From Octopus sinensis (Eukaryota): a stretch of 64,000 nucleotides of DNA. The translations under genes were made by a program, and so were the position numbers. Numbering within the stretch: the first letter of the stretch is position 1; every line of letters begins with the position of its first letter. The stretch covers positions 27,342,001 to 27,406,000 of the forward strand of contig NC_043021.1 in NCBI RefSeq assembly GCF_006345805.1, written 5' to 3'. Below, one piece after another: positions 11,844-23,220 of this stretch. The notes below the pieces were generated by a model. That model did not search any database, was not told the DNA's origin, and saw nothing but the letters and a program-made list of their open reading frames with translations.

Positions 11844-12952
11844 GTTGTCCGGAAAGTTCGTGCCATTTATAATAGCGTACTTATTTTAGAACATGGTTGA
11901 GTCCATAAAATAGGATTTGGCTACACCTCCATTTAGAGCACAGTTTAAGCTATCTTTTCGTGGAAGAAGGTTTATGTTCCTATAACCTGTGTTAGTTCTG
12001 TAACCCTTTAAAATGGAAGATAAGAAAGTTCATTTTCGGCACTTGATGCTTTTCTTTTTTCGTAAAGGGAAAAATGCCTCACAAGCAACCAAAGAAATAT
12101 GCGCAGTTTACGGTGATGTTTCTTTATCCGAAAGAACTGTACGGAAGTGGTTCGCAAGGTTCCAAGCTGGAGATTGTAGCTTATTGATAAAGAGCGATCA
12201 GGCAGACCATCCACTACAGATGATGACCAAATAAAGTCATTAATTGAGAATAACCCACATTGCACAACTCGACAGTTGGCAGAAAGCCTCAACCTATCGA
12301 AATCCGTCGAGAAATGGATTATCTACCGAAATGTTCAGAGAAAGCGGCCCTGGAATAAGCGACATGAGCCACCGTTAGCCACTCCGAAAGCGGGCTTCAC
12401 CCCAAAATAGTCTTGCTTTGTGTCTAGTCGGATTGGAAAGGAATTCTGTACTATGAGCTTCTCTTAAGTAACCCAACAATTAATTCTGAGAAATACTGCA
12501 CACAACTGGATGAGTTAAAAGCAGCAGTTGAAGTGAAAGGTCCAGAATTGGCCAACAGGAAGGGTGTTGTTTTTCAACATGATAATATAAGACCGCATGT
12601 TTATTTGGGAACCAGACAAAAATTGCTGGAGCTCGGCTGGGATTTGTTACTCCACCCTACATATTCATCAGATATTGCTCCTTCGGATTTCCACTTATGC
12701 AGGTCTCTGCAGAATAGTCTTAATGGCAAAAATTTCAATTCCTTGGATGCCGTAAAAAGATACCTTGACGAATGCTTTGCCATGGAACCACCTCAATTCT
12801 GGGAAGAGGGTATTTTCAAGTTAAAGGAAAGATGGAGACGCATTGTGCAACAAAATGGTTAATATTTGGTTGATTAAAAATGTAATGGCAAGTATTTATT
12901 GACCTTTATCTTTCCTTTAAAAATCAGCACGAACTTTCCGGACAACCCGGAA
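11840..12952 (+). mobile_element. Mariner transposon (mellifera-like), internally deleted
   Basis: TIRs TTGGGTTGTCCGGAAAGTTCGTGC / GCACGAACTTTCCGGACAACCC, with (TA)n on the left. Confidence 0.93.
12013..12862 (+). pseudogene. Mariner transposase pseudogene
   Basis: HTH MEDKKVHFRHLMLFFFRKGKNAS..TVRKWFARF and catalytic region ..PELANRKGVVFQHDNIRPH..HPTYSSDIAPSDFHL. Frameshifts, stops and a deletion near 12305. Confidence 0.92.
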
Positions 12953-12959
12953 TATATTT

Positions 12960-13100
12960 ATACACATACATACATATATATGTATGTATTTTACTAGTAC
13001 CATTTATACATACATACATACATACATACATACATACATACATACATACATACATACATACATACATACATGCACACATACACACTCACACACACACATA
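12960..13100. repeat. (TACA)n/(CA)n microsatellite
   Basis: Visible. Confidence 0.95.
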
Positions 13101-13419
13101 TATAATGATACACATCGCTTACTTGTCAGTGTGTTGACTTATATAATTTTGTTGGTTTAATTAACAGACACAATGACGGAAGCTGTGCCTAACATTATTT
13201 ATTTTCATACATTTGCTTAACACTGTCACGTGTTATAAGCACGTCTGTCTGTCTACGTCCACCTTGTTTTTATGGTTTGCTTTCAGTGTTTGTGTTTTTA
13301 ACATGCGGAACGGAAAGCTGTTTGCTCGTTCGTCGTTCAGCTTCGGCCCAGATGTTGGTGCAAGGACACCGAGAGGGGTTTCCCACGACCTTATCACAAC
13401 ATAGTAGAGCTAATTCTGT

Positions 13420-14001
13420 ATGAGTGTGAGTGAGAGAGAGAGAGAGAGAGAGGGACAGAGAGGGAGCGAGTGAGAGAGGGAAGAGAGAGAGGGAGAGGGG
13501 AGAGAGAGGGAGGGAGAAAGAGAGAAGAGGGGAGAGAGAGAGTGAGAGGGCAGAAAGAGGGGAAAGAGAGAGAGGGAGAGGAGAGAGAGAAGGAGAAAAT
13601 AAGTGAGAAAGAGAGCGAGAGAAAGAGAGCGAGAGAAGAGAGAGAGAGAGAGGCGGAGAGAGAAAGACATCGGTAAAGTGAGGGAGAATAAAGAAGAGAG
13701 AGCGATAATAAAAGAGATCAAGAGAGAGAGAAAGAGAGAGAAAGAGAGAGAAAGAGAGAGAAAAGAGAGAGAGAGAGAGAGGGACAGAGAGGGAGCGAGT
13801 GAGAGAGAGAGAGAGAGAGGGAGAGGGGAGAGAGAGACGGAGAGGGGAGAGAGAGAGGGAGAAATAGAGAAGAGGGGGAGAGAGAGGGAGAAATAGAGAA
13901 GAGGGGGGAGAGAGAGTGAGAGGGCAGAAAGAGGGGAAAGAGAGAGAGGGAGAGGAGAGAGAGAAGGAGAAAATAAGTGAGAAAGAGAGCGAGAGAAAGA
14001 G

Positions 14002-14034
<33 letters not shown>

Positions 14035-14467
14035 GCGGAGAGAGAAAGACATCGGTAAAGTGAGGGAGAATAAAGAAGAGGGAGCGAGAATAAAAGAGAT
14101 CAAGAGAGAGAGAGAGAGGGAGAGAAAAGAGAGAATGAGGGAGGGAGAGAGAGAAAGAGAAAGCGAGAATAAAAGAAAGAGCGAGAGAAGAGAGAAAGAG
14201 AGAGAGAGAGAGGGGAGAGAGAGAGCGAAAGAGAGTGAAAGAACTAGAAAGAGAGAAGAGAAAGAGAAAGGGAGAGAGAGAGGTGGAACGAAAGAAAGAG
14301 AGAGAGAGAGGTGGAACGAAAGAAAGAGAGAGAGAGAGAAAAAAGTGAGAATGAAAGGTAGAGAAAGAGAACAAGAGAGAGCGTGAGGGAGCGAAAGAAA
14401 GCAAGATAGAGTGAGAGAAGGAGAGAAAGAGGAAGAAAAAGAAAGAGGGTGGAAGATCACTAGAAAT

Positions 14468-14503
<36 letters not shown>

Positions 14504-14505
14504 TA
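13420..14505. repeat. 1.1 kb GA-rich polypurine tract with ~380 bp internal duplication
   Basis: Almost pure purine on the plus strand. Marker GACATCGGTAAAGTGAGG occurs at ~13666 and ~14048. Confidence 0.9.
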
Positions 14506-14904
14506 AGCGAGGAGGATTGTCATCAATAATTGATTGGTCTCTTTTTTCATTAATCCCCGTGATCAATAAGCTGAAGTGCTAATCAGGTATAGGCACAACA
14601 TCGATTTCCAGGGACATGTAGTGCCAAAGTCCTTTTCAGTCCCTGATTTTTGAAATTCAAGGGTGATAACCGGTGTCAACACAGACTGGGTTAAGCCATA
14701 GAAGCTGCCCATCTCAACACTCCTTTCCTTCCACCTAGCTGCTCATCAGTCGCTATGTTGCTGGACTCACAAGCTTGTATATATACTAATGATTGTAGGC
14801 ACGCGGTATTTCGTTAGACAACCGTAATATATTGCAAAGTATACGAAACGCTTTCATAAGTTAACACAATGTTCTACCGTGTTATCAGTGCGCTTTATAG
14901 AACT

Positions 14905-15653
14905 TGTTATGGTTATCTCTCCAGATATTCTCCAGAAATTATAGCCAACACTAATGTTTGTTTACATCTATAAATGGAAGGTTTACGATATCGGAAGAAT
15001 ATCGTCTTCTTCCATCATCTTTTTGTTCTTCGTGTAATTCAGGCGAAGAGAGAAGACTTCAAGTACAAATGCTATTTGCAACTGGTTTTATTTACAAGTT
15101 TTACAGGATAGGTGAAGCGTGCTGTTCTCAGCCACCATCTTTAGCTGTGTGCGGTGTGTAGTAGCTCCGTTAGTGCGAGCGCAAATTGCCTCTGGATGTA
15201 CACATGCGGACAGGCCCAGCTGGTGGTGTGTTCAGCCAGCGCTGCTGTGAAGTGGAGCCAAAAGACACAGGTCTGAATCGGTTTTCCCTTTATATACAGT
15301 TTTCCATCGCGAGCCTCGTTGTGATCTTGCGCATGGCAAATGGATGCAAGTGAGGTCTCGCTCCAGTCTCGCAGATGGCAATGGCTGCCTCGAGCTCTCA
15401 TCCAATACGGCGCTGACTGCTTGTGCCGCTACACATCTGACGTCTCGGATACGAAACTTCGTAACAAAAATCAGTGCTGGCTTTAGTTTTAATAAAATAT
15501 CTGTAGAGATAACAGTAGCAAATCTTGTACAGAATGTTTAGGCAGACAATGGGCCCAGAATTTTCTGCCAACTCGGAGGTTCTGTTTTTGGCTGCATGAT
15601 TCGTCCGTGTCAGTGTAAGCCAATTTAGTATAACAATCTAGTCCGTCATAATT
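14905..15653 (-). mobile_element. Putative solo LTR
   Basis: On the minus strand: TATATAAA (15289-15296), then AATAAA (15087-15092), ending ...CCATAACA (14905). The other end TTATGACGG is a degenerate TGTTATG. Higher GC than the flanks and no ORF. Confidence 0.4.
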
Positions 15654-15664
15654 CATTTGAATGG

Positions 15665-15880
15665 CTTCAAATTTTGGTGCAAAGTCAGCAATTTCGTGGG
15701 GTGGGAATACGTGGATTACATCGACCTCCAGTAATCAACTGGTACTTATTTTATCGACCCCGAAAGAATGAAAGCGAAAGTCAATCTCGGGAGAATTTGA
15801 ACTTAGAACGTAAAAACGGACGAAATGCCTCTAAGAGTTTTGTTTGGGATGATAGTGATTCTGCCAGCTCGCAGCCTTCA
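15665..15880 (-). mobile_element. SINE family B copy
   Basis: CTGGTACTTATTTTATCGACCCCGAAAG.ATGAAAG...TTCTGCCAGCTCGC. Confidence 0.8.
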
Positions 15881-16974
15881 TTTGAATATACACGTTAATG
15901 ATTTCTGTTCATAGTCAGCCTCTTGTACCAGTATCTACCCATTAGACTCTTCCTGGTGCCTACCCATTATGCAGTTTGCCTACAGCTATGGCGAAAACTG
16001 TACGGCTGATTGTATATGTTACACTGTCGAGGCTGGAACTGTATTTTGTCGTAACTAAATTTAAGCACGATGTATTCTGGTTGAAATAATTCTTTTCATT
16101 CTAGATCTCAGGAATGACTTGAGTGGTAGTGGTGGCGGGATGTAATCCCCATTTTTAACCTTATTAACGGCAATCCACATTGGCAAACCTTTTTAATCTC
16201 ATGACCAGCTTCACCTTGAAAACATTTACAGTATTTCAAAAGCTAAAAAAATACGTTTCTTTTTAGAATAAAGACTTTTCGTATTTTGACATGTTATTCA
16301 TCCCTTGCATTCAACGTAAAATAAATTGAATTTATTTTACGTATTATGATACCATAATATTTTTTCCATTTCCACCAAATTATTATTTTGATATAGAAGA
16401 CAGCATTTTATCAGCTTCTTACAGATTCAACGTTTTTCATTTCTTATCTCTCTTTTTTTTTTGTTTTCGTTTTTGCTTTATTCCTGATATTTTCTTCGAA
16501 TGCTATTCGTTGTTCTTCGTTTCGTCTGCTTTGCATTCATGATAAACACGTTATTCTGAATAGAAAGAACCAACTTGTCAATAAGCCCCCATACCGTATG
16601 CTACTGCTTTACAAACGGCCGATAATAATATACATTGAATACTTGTTGATGCGAAAAAGAAAATTCATTAGAAAAGTGCGTCTATTGAAAATAAATAAAT
16701 AAATAAATAAATAAATAAATACTGTTTGGATTAAATTGGTTTACTTACCAAGGAGCATAAGGTGAGAAATGAATGGGGATGAAAAGATTAGGAGAACGTC
16801 TGTGACGTCTGTGATTTCAAAACAGCATCAGGAACGTAAGAGAGAACAATTGGTGGTGATTAGCAAAACGGAAACAAGTTGCTCAGCTTGCAAGAAAGTA
16901 GGGGCCAAACCCCCTTCGAATCACACCAAAATCAGAAGGTAAATAGCCAGACCAAATAATAGAATTATTTCTTA

Positions 16975-17185
16975 TTTTGGAACAAGGCTAGCCATTTTGA
17001 CAGGACGGAAAAAAATCGATTACATATTGGCCCCAAATACGTGATTGGTATTTATTTTATCGATACAGAAAAAATGAAAGGCAAGGTCCACCTCAAGGAA
17101 ACTTGAACTCAGATAATCAGGACAGAAGATGTACCGCTAAGCATTTTGTCTGACATGCTAACGATTCGGCCATCTCGCCGCCTCA
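16975..17185 (-). mobile_element. Diverged SINE family B copy
   Basis: ATGAAAGGCAAGGTCCACCTC..TTGAACTCAGA..CGCTAAGCATTT..CTCGCCGCC. Confidence 0.7.
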
Positions 17186-17189
17186 GGTA

Positions 17190-17655
17190 GTGGCTCTCAT
17201 GGCTTCTGATCTTAACTGATTGTAAGTGTTATTATGTACATGTTTTGTCTTGGTATAAAAGATGGGTTACAACAAATATTCTGCTCAATGCCACAGATAT
17301 GCTTGTCAGCTGCTTGACCATAATCAGTTGAGCATGGCCCTTAGTGGCTGACGATATGTGCATCTCTGATCACGAGCAGGAGTAGTGGGGAATTATCATA
17401 GCCAAGTGTTGAGTTCTTTGGGGTTTGAATAATTCACCCCTGGAAACATAGTGTTTTGTTCATCAACCTTAACCCTCGTTCAGGCACTCTTTGAGAGAGA
17501 TGGGTTGCTCGACCTGAAGAAAATTCTAATTGGGCCATGTGTTGTTTTCCTTGATATAACGTCATCTTGTCTCGCACTGATTGTGATGCATGTGCCTGGC
17601 GTACTCTTATCAGACGGGTTCTCATGATGGGTATATTGGGCTTAATACCCCAAAT
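17190..17655. repeat. Unclassified dispersed repeat (inverted homolog at 37975-38370)
   Basis: GATGGGTT.CTCGACCTGAAGAAAATTCTAA.TGGGCC and GATGGGTATATTGGGCTT match the reverse complement at 38-38.2 kb. Confidence 0.7.
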
Positions 17656-17678
17656 GATATGTGCTTTAGTAGAAAGGA

Positions 17679-17779
17679 TTCTTCTTCTTCTTCTTCTTCT
17701 TCTTCTTCTTCTTCTTCTTCTTCTTCTCCTTCTCCTCCTCCTCCTCCTCCTCCTTCTTTTTCTTCTTCTTCTTCTTCTT

Positions 17780-17810
<31 letters not shown>

Positions 17811-17817
17811 TTATTAT
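17679..17817. repeat. (TTC)n/(TCC)n microsatellite
   Basis: Visible. Confidence 0.95.
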
Positions 17818-18028
17818 TCTATGTTTGACTTTTGCTTTATATTTGTACAAGTTGGCTCCAAGTCTCACCCAGAGACCTCAAGAGACAACAGGGTTGGAAG
17901 TTCATGTTGTTGTTATGCCTAGTGTGCCATATATTTGGGGGTGGGGATGTTGTACTAATGAATGTCTAAAAAAAAAAAGGTTTTTTTTTGTTTTTTTTTA
18001 AACCGAAAATTGTTTGTTTTAAACCTTA

Positions 18029-18089
<61 letters not shown>

Positions 18090-18490
18090 GGCGGTGAGTT
18101 AGCAGAATTGTTAGCATGCCAGACGAAATGCTTAGCGCTATTTCGTCTGTCTTTACGTTCTGAGTTCTAATTCCGCCGAGGTCGACTTTGCCTTTCATCT
18201 TTTCGGGGTCGATAAATTAAGTACCAGTTGCGCACTGGGGTCGATATAATCGACTTAATCCGTTTGTCTGTCCTTGTTTGTTCTCTCTGTGCTTAGCCCC
18301 TTTTGGGTAGTAAAGAAATAGGTATTTCGTCCGTCGCAATGTTCTGAGTTCAAATTCCGCCGTGTTCAACTTTGCCTTTCATCCTTTCGGGGTCGAAAAA
18401 TTAAGTACCACTTACGTACTGGGGTCGATCTAATCAACTAGCCTCCTCTCCCAAAATTTCAGGCCTTGTGCCTATAGTAGAAAGGATTTT
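18090..18490 (+). mobile_element. Dimeric SINE family B
   Basis: Full head GGCGGTGAGTTAGCAGAATTGTTAGCA. Unit 1 ends in the Tx1-like tail, unit 2 ends AATTTCAGGCCTTGTGCCTATAGTAGAAAGGATT. Flanked by (TTA)n. Confidence 0.85.
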
Positions 18491-18509
18491 TATTATTATC
18501 ATCATCATT

Positions 18510-18563
<54 letters not shown>

Positions 18564-18654
18564 GTCGTCGTCGTCGTCGTCGTTGTCGTTGTTGTTGTTA
18601 ATATTATTATTATTATTATTAATATTATTATCATCATTATTATCATTTTTTTTC

Positions 18655-19007
18655 CTTCTTTCTTCAAATTTTCCTCCGTTTCTCGCCGAGTGTTTTCCGT
18701 ACACCTAGGGCAGAGAAGCTCATTGTATGCATTCCCAGATTACACTCGCAAATTCACAGGTAAAATATGTATTTAAAAAATTAATAAATAAATAAATTCA
18801 TGAATGGATGTTGTTTTCACAGCAATAATGCTCTTCTCAGTACATGAGCCATTCCAGTTAACACGATTTTTTGCACTTCCTGTAGGGATGGTTGTCATTT
18901 TCAAATAGGTTTCAGTACCTTTTTAAAATCCTTCCTAGAGATCCTACAATCACTGGTACTGTAATCGCCTTGAGATGCCACATTTTTTCAATTTCTATTA
19001 GCAAGTC

Positions 19008-19010
<3 letters not shown>
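18655..19010 (-). mobile_element. 3' remnant of an R4/Dong-type RLE retrotransposon in (TAA)n
   Basis: Minus strand: KDLLIEIEKMWHLKAITVPVIVGSLGRI..QEVQKIVLTGMAHVLRRALL. Flanked by TTA/TCA repeats. Confidence 0.8.
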
Positions 19011-19066
<56 letters not shown>

Positions 19067-19091
19067 CATTATTATCATCATCAGCATCATT

Positions 19092-19177
<86 letters not shown>

Positions 19178-19212
19178 CATCATCATCATCATCAGCATCA
19201 TTATCATCATCA

Positions 19213-19279
<67 letters not shown>

Positions 19280-19317
19280 CATCATCATCATTATCATTAT
19301 TATTGTTGTTGTCGTTG

Positions 19318-19368
<51 letters not shown>

Positions 19369-19402
19369 TATTTATTATTATTATTATTATCTTCATCATT
19401 AT
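19008..19402. repeat. (TTA)n/(TCA)n microsatellite
   Basis: Visible. Confidence 0.95.
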
Positions 19403-19645
19403 TTTGTTTTTCCTCAGGTTTGGTTTTATTCCTGGTAGGATTTATGTGGATAGCGGGTTACTACATGTAACTTTAAGAATCCTCAAGTTTTCAGCAGTCT
19501 TTCAAGTGCTTAGGACCCTCCTGATAATCCTTGCTGTCCTTAAGACACAAACTTTCTGTAGGAGCTCTACTGAGCATTCCATTTCAATCTCCTCCAGCGA
19601 CATGTCTATATCTTGGCTTATTGTTCCCAGCAAACTAATTATTAT
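19403..19645 (-). mobile_element. 3' remnant of a second R4/Dong-type element in (TAA)n
   Basis: Minus strand: IISLLGTISQDIDMSLEEIEMECSVELLQKVCVLRTARIIRRVLST*, then a 3' UTR running into (TAA)n. Confidence 0.75.
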
Positions 19646-19647
19646 TC

Positions 19648-19708
<61 letters not shown>

Positions 19709-19709
<1 letters not shown>

Positions 19710-20102
19710 GCTGGCAGAATGGATAACGCGCCGGACGAAATGCTTAGCGATGTTTCGCCTGCCGTTACGTTCTGAGTTCAAATTCCGCCGAGGTCGACTT
19801 TGCCTTTCATCCTTTCAGGGTCGATTAAATAAGTACCAGTTTCGCACTGGGGTCGATGTAATCGACTTAATCCGTTTGTCTGTCCTTGTTTGTCCCCTCT
19901 ATGTTTAGCCCCTTGTGGGTAGTAAAGAAATAGAAATAGGTATTTCGTACGTCGCTACGTTCTGAGTTCAAATTCCGCCGAGTTCGACTTTACCTTTCAT
20001 TCTTTCAGGGTCGATAAATGAAGTATCAATGAAACACTGAGATCGATGTAATCGATTAGTCCCCTCCCTCAAATTTCAGGCCTTGTGTCTATAGTAGAAA
20101 GG

Positions 20103-20104
<2 letters not shown>
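19709..20104 (+). mobile_element. Dimeric SINE family B
   Basis: Same two-tail architecture as 18090-18490, between (TTA)n tracts. Confidence 0.85.
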
Positions 20105-20162
<58 letters not shown>

Positions 20163-20165
<3 letters not shown>

Positions 20166-23023
20166 TAGTTTTATTTTTATAGCGTGCTTTCACTTCACCA
20201 CCGAGCGCAGCTCTGTGTGCCTTAGGTATGTGCTGTGATTTGTTGTGATGCTCTGATGGTTATTGTATGGAAAGTGTTATGCGTAGGATGTGTGCAGTGC
20301 CTAGTAGTGCAATTTTTTGTATGTTATATGTGTTTGTAAGTCCTGGTGTTTTTGTTATGTATTTGTCTGAATATTTTTTTTATCATGCCTAATGCACCTA
20401 CTATGATAGGAATTGTTTCTGTTTTTAGATTCCACATTCTGGTTACCTCTATTTCCAGGTTTTTGTATTTTGAAAGTTTCTCCATTTCTTTTAGAGACAC
20501 GTTGTCATCTGCCGGTATTGATACATCAATTAGAAAGCATTTTTTTTCTTCATGATCTCTGACAACTATATCTGGTCTGTTTTCTCTATCTGTGTGTATC
20601 GGCATATCTCAGAGTATGGTTGCTTTCTCGTTTTCTGTGACCTTTTCTGGTGTGTGCCTATACCATCTTTTTTCTGTTGTTATTCCATAATGTTGGCATA
20701 GCTTCCAATGTATGTAGGTTCCAACTCTGTCATATCTGTGAATATATTCCTTCTTAGCCAGGACTGGGAAGCCAGAGATAATATGATTTATTGTTTCTTG
20801 TCCATCTCCACATATTCTGCAGTTACTTGTTATATTTCTTTTCATTAAATGTTTTTGGTAATTTCTGGTGGGGAGGCTTTGGTCTTGTGCTGCAATTAAA
20901 AATCCCTCTGTCTCTGCTTTGAGTCCTGAGCTTCTCCACAATTGCTGGGGTTTTTCTTTGTCTATTTCTTTTGCATTTAGTTTAGTCCAGTATTTACCAT
21001 GAAGGGGCTTTTCTTGCCATCGTTTTATCATGGTTCGTTGCTGTTCTATTTTTCGTTTGGATTTCATTTGTTTTATAGCTTTTGTTGTTTCTTCCTCTTC
21101 TTCTCTTCTTCTTCTTCTCTTCTTCTTTCTTCTTTTCTTCTTCTCTTCTTCTTCTTCTTCTTCTTCTTCTTCTTCTTCTTCTTCTTCTTCTTCTTCTTCT
21201 TCTTCTTCTTTCTTCTTCTTCTTCTTCTTCTTCTTCTTTCTTCTTCTTCTTCTTCTTCTTCTTCTTCATATTTATTAGGTGGTATGATTTCTTGTTTGTA
21301 TTTGTCAGCTTCCTTAAATACTGAGAACAGTTTTTTTTTGCTCGTGTTTTGCCGCTATTTGAATCAGTTTTCCTTCCTTCTGAAGTAGATATTTTTGCAG
21401 TCCTATGGTGGTTACTTTATAGTAGTTTTCCAGCTGTATAAGGCCTCTACCACCTTCTATACGCTGTATATATAGTCTTTCTATGTCAGATTTTGGGTGA
21501 TGCATCCTAGATCCTGTCATTATTTTTCTTGTTTTCCTATCTATTTTGGTCAGTTCATTTAGTGTCCAGTTAAGGATATTGTAGCTGTAACTTATAACTG
21601 GGACAGCTAAAGTGTTAATACCTATTATCTTGTTTTTAGCATTGAGCTCTGTTTTTAGTATTGATCTAACTCGTCTATAATATACTTTTTTAATTTTCTC
21701 TTTCATTTGTGTGTGTTGTGTCTTATCTAGTTCATGGATTCCTAAGTATTTGTAAGTTTGGCTTTGGTCTAATTCTTTTATTTCATTGGTTTTATCTAGT
21801 GTGATGTTGCTACTCTTAACTAGTTTTCCTCTTTTCATGGTTACTTTGGCGCATTTTTCTAATCCAAATTTCATATCTATTTCTTTGGTAAATCCATGAA
21901 CTGTCTTTAATAGTGTTTCCAGCTGTTTGTCATTTGCAGCGTATAGTTTTAGGTCATCCATATATAAAAGGTGGCTGATCGTTTTGCCGTAACATTTATA
22001 TCCGCATCCAGTTCTATTTAGCATATCAGATAGTGGTGATAGTGCCAAGCAGGAACGGAGTGGAGAGAGCGTGTCTCCCTGGAATATTCCTCTTCTAATG
22101 GGGATGGTTTTGGTTTTCATGAGTCCCTCTTTTGTTTGGAGCTGTAGCACTGTTTGCCATTTATTCATAGAGTGCCCTATGAATTTTATAATTGTTGGTG
22201 CTACTTTGTTAATGGCTAGTGTTTCGAGGATCCATGTGTGGGGGATGCTATCAAACGCCTTTTTGTAGTCGATCCAGGCCATACTGAGGCCTTTCTTCTT
22301 TCTGTGGCTGTCTTCAGTTATGGCTTTATTAATCATTAGTTGATCTTTACAGCCATATGAGCCTTTGCGACATCCTTTCTCCTCTTCTGGAAACAGGTTG
22401 TTTTCGTCCAGGTGCTTGTTCAACCTTTGCAATGTCACTGCAGTAAATGCCTTGAACATTGTAGGGAGACAGGTTATTGGTCTGTAGTTTTCTGGTTTTG
22501 CTGTCTCATTTGATTTGGGAATTAAGATGGTTTTCCCCTTCGTGAGCCATTCAGGCATTGTCTCTGGCTCTGCTAGTATGTTGTTAAAGTTTTCAGCCAG
22601 CTTTTTGTGCATCCCTGTTAGATATTTCAACCAGAAGTTGGGGATCTTATCATGCTCAGGTGCCTTCCAGTTGCTTAGTCTTTGCAGTGCCTGGGTGACC
22701 TCTTCAGTTGTTATGGGGGTCCAAAGTTGCTCAGATGCTGAGTTTGTTGTTTTGATACTCCTTTTTTTTGGTTGTTCGTTCGCCGACCATATTTCTCTCC
22801 AGAATTCTTCCACTTCTTCTGCCGTTGGTGCTCCAGTGATTTCTATTTTATTTTTGCCAAGTTCTTGGTAGAACTTTGTGGGGTTGGAGTTGAACTTTTT
22901 GTTTTGTTCAAAGAAGCGTTGGCGTTTCTCGTACCGGCGGATCCTTTGTGCTTTGGCAAGGATATCTTGCTTCAGCTTTTCTTTTATCTCAGGTAAATCT
23001 TTTTCTGTGATGTTATATTTGCA

Positions 23024-23024
<1 letters not shown>
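20163..23024 (-). mobile_element. 5'-truncated R4/Dong-clade non-LTR retrotransposon (RT + CCHC + restriction-like endonuclease) inserted in (TAA)n
   Basis: RT motifs NYRPITCL, WIDYKKAFDSIPH, GIFQGDTLSP and YMDDLKLY. Zinc knuckle CRIC..ETINHIISG and RLE NRPDIVV..CFLIDVSIP..EKLSKY..IPIIVGALG. Both flanks are long (TTA)n. Confidence 0.95.
20260..23024 (-). pseudogene. RT-RLE polyprotein of the Dong-type element (frameshifted)
   Basis: ORF-track segments 21314-23209, 20609-21067 and 20324-20605, plus terminal QKIALLGTAHILRITLSIQ*. The poly-I N-terminus in the ORF track is flanking microsatellite. Confidence 0.9.
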
Positions 23025-23113
<89 letters not shown>

Positions 23114-23127
23114 CATCATCATCATCA

Positions 23128-23203
<76 letters not shown>

Positions 23204-23220
23204 CATCATTTTTAAATTAT

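Noticed and set aside
13270-14566. 396 aa and 282 aa S/L-rich and R/E-rich ORFs
   Set aside because: Translations of the GA tract.
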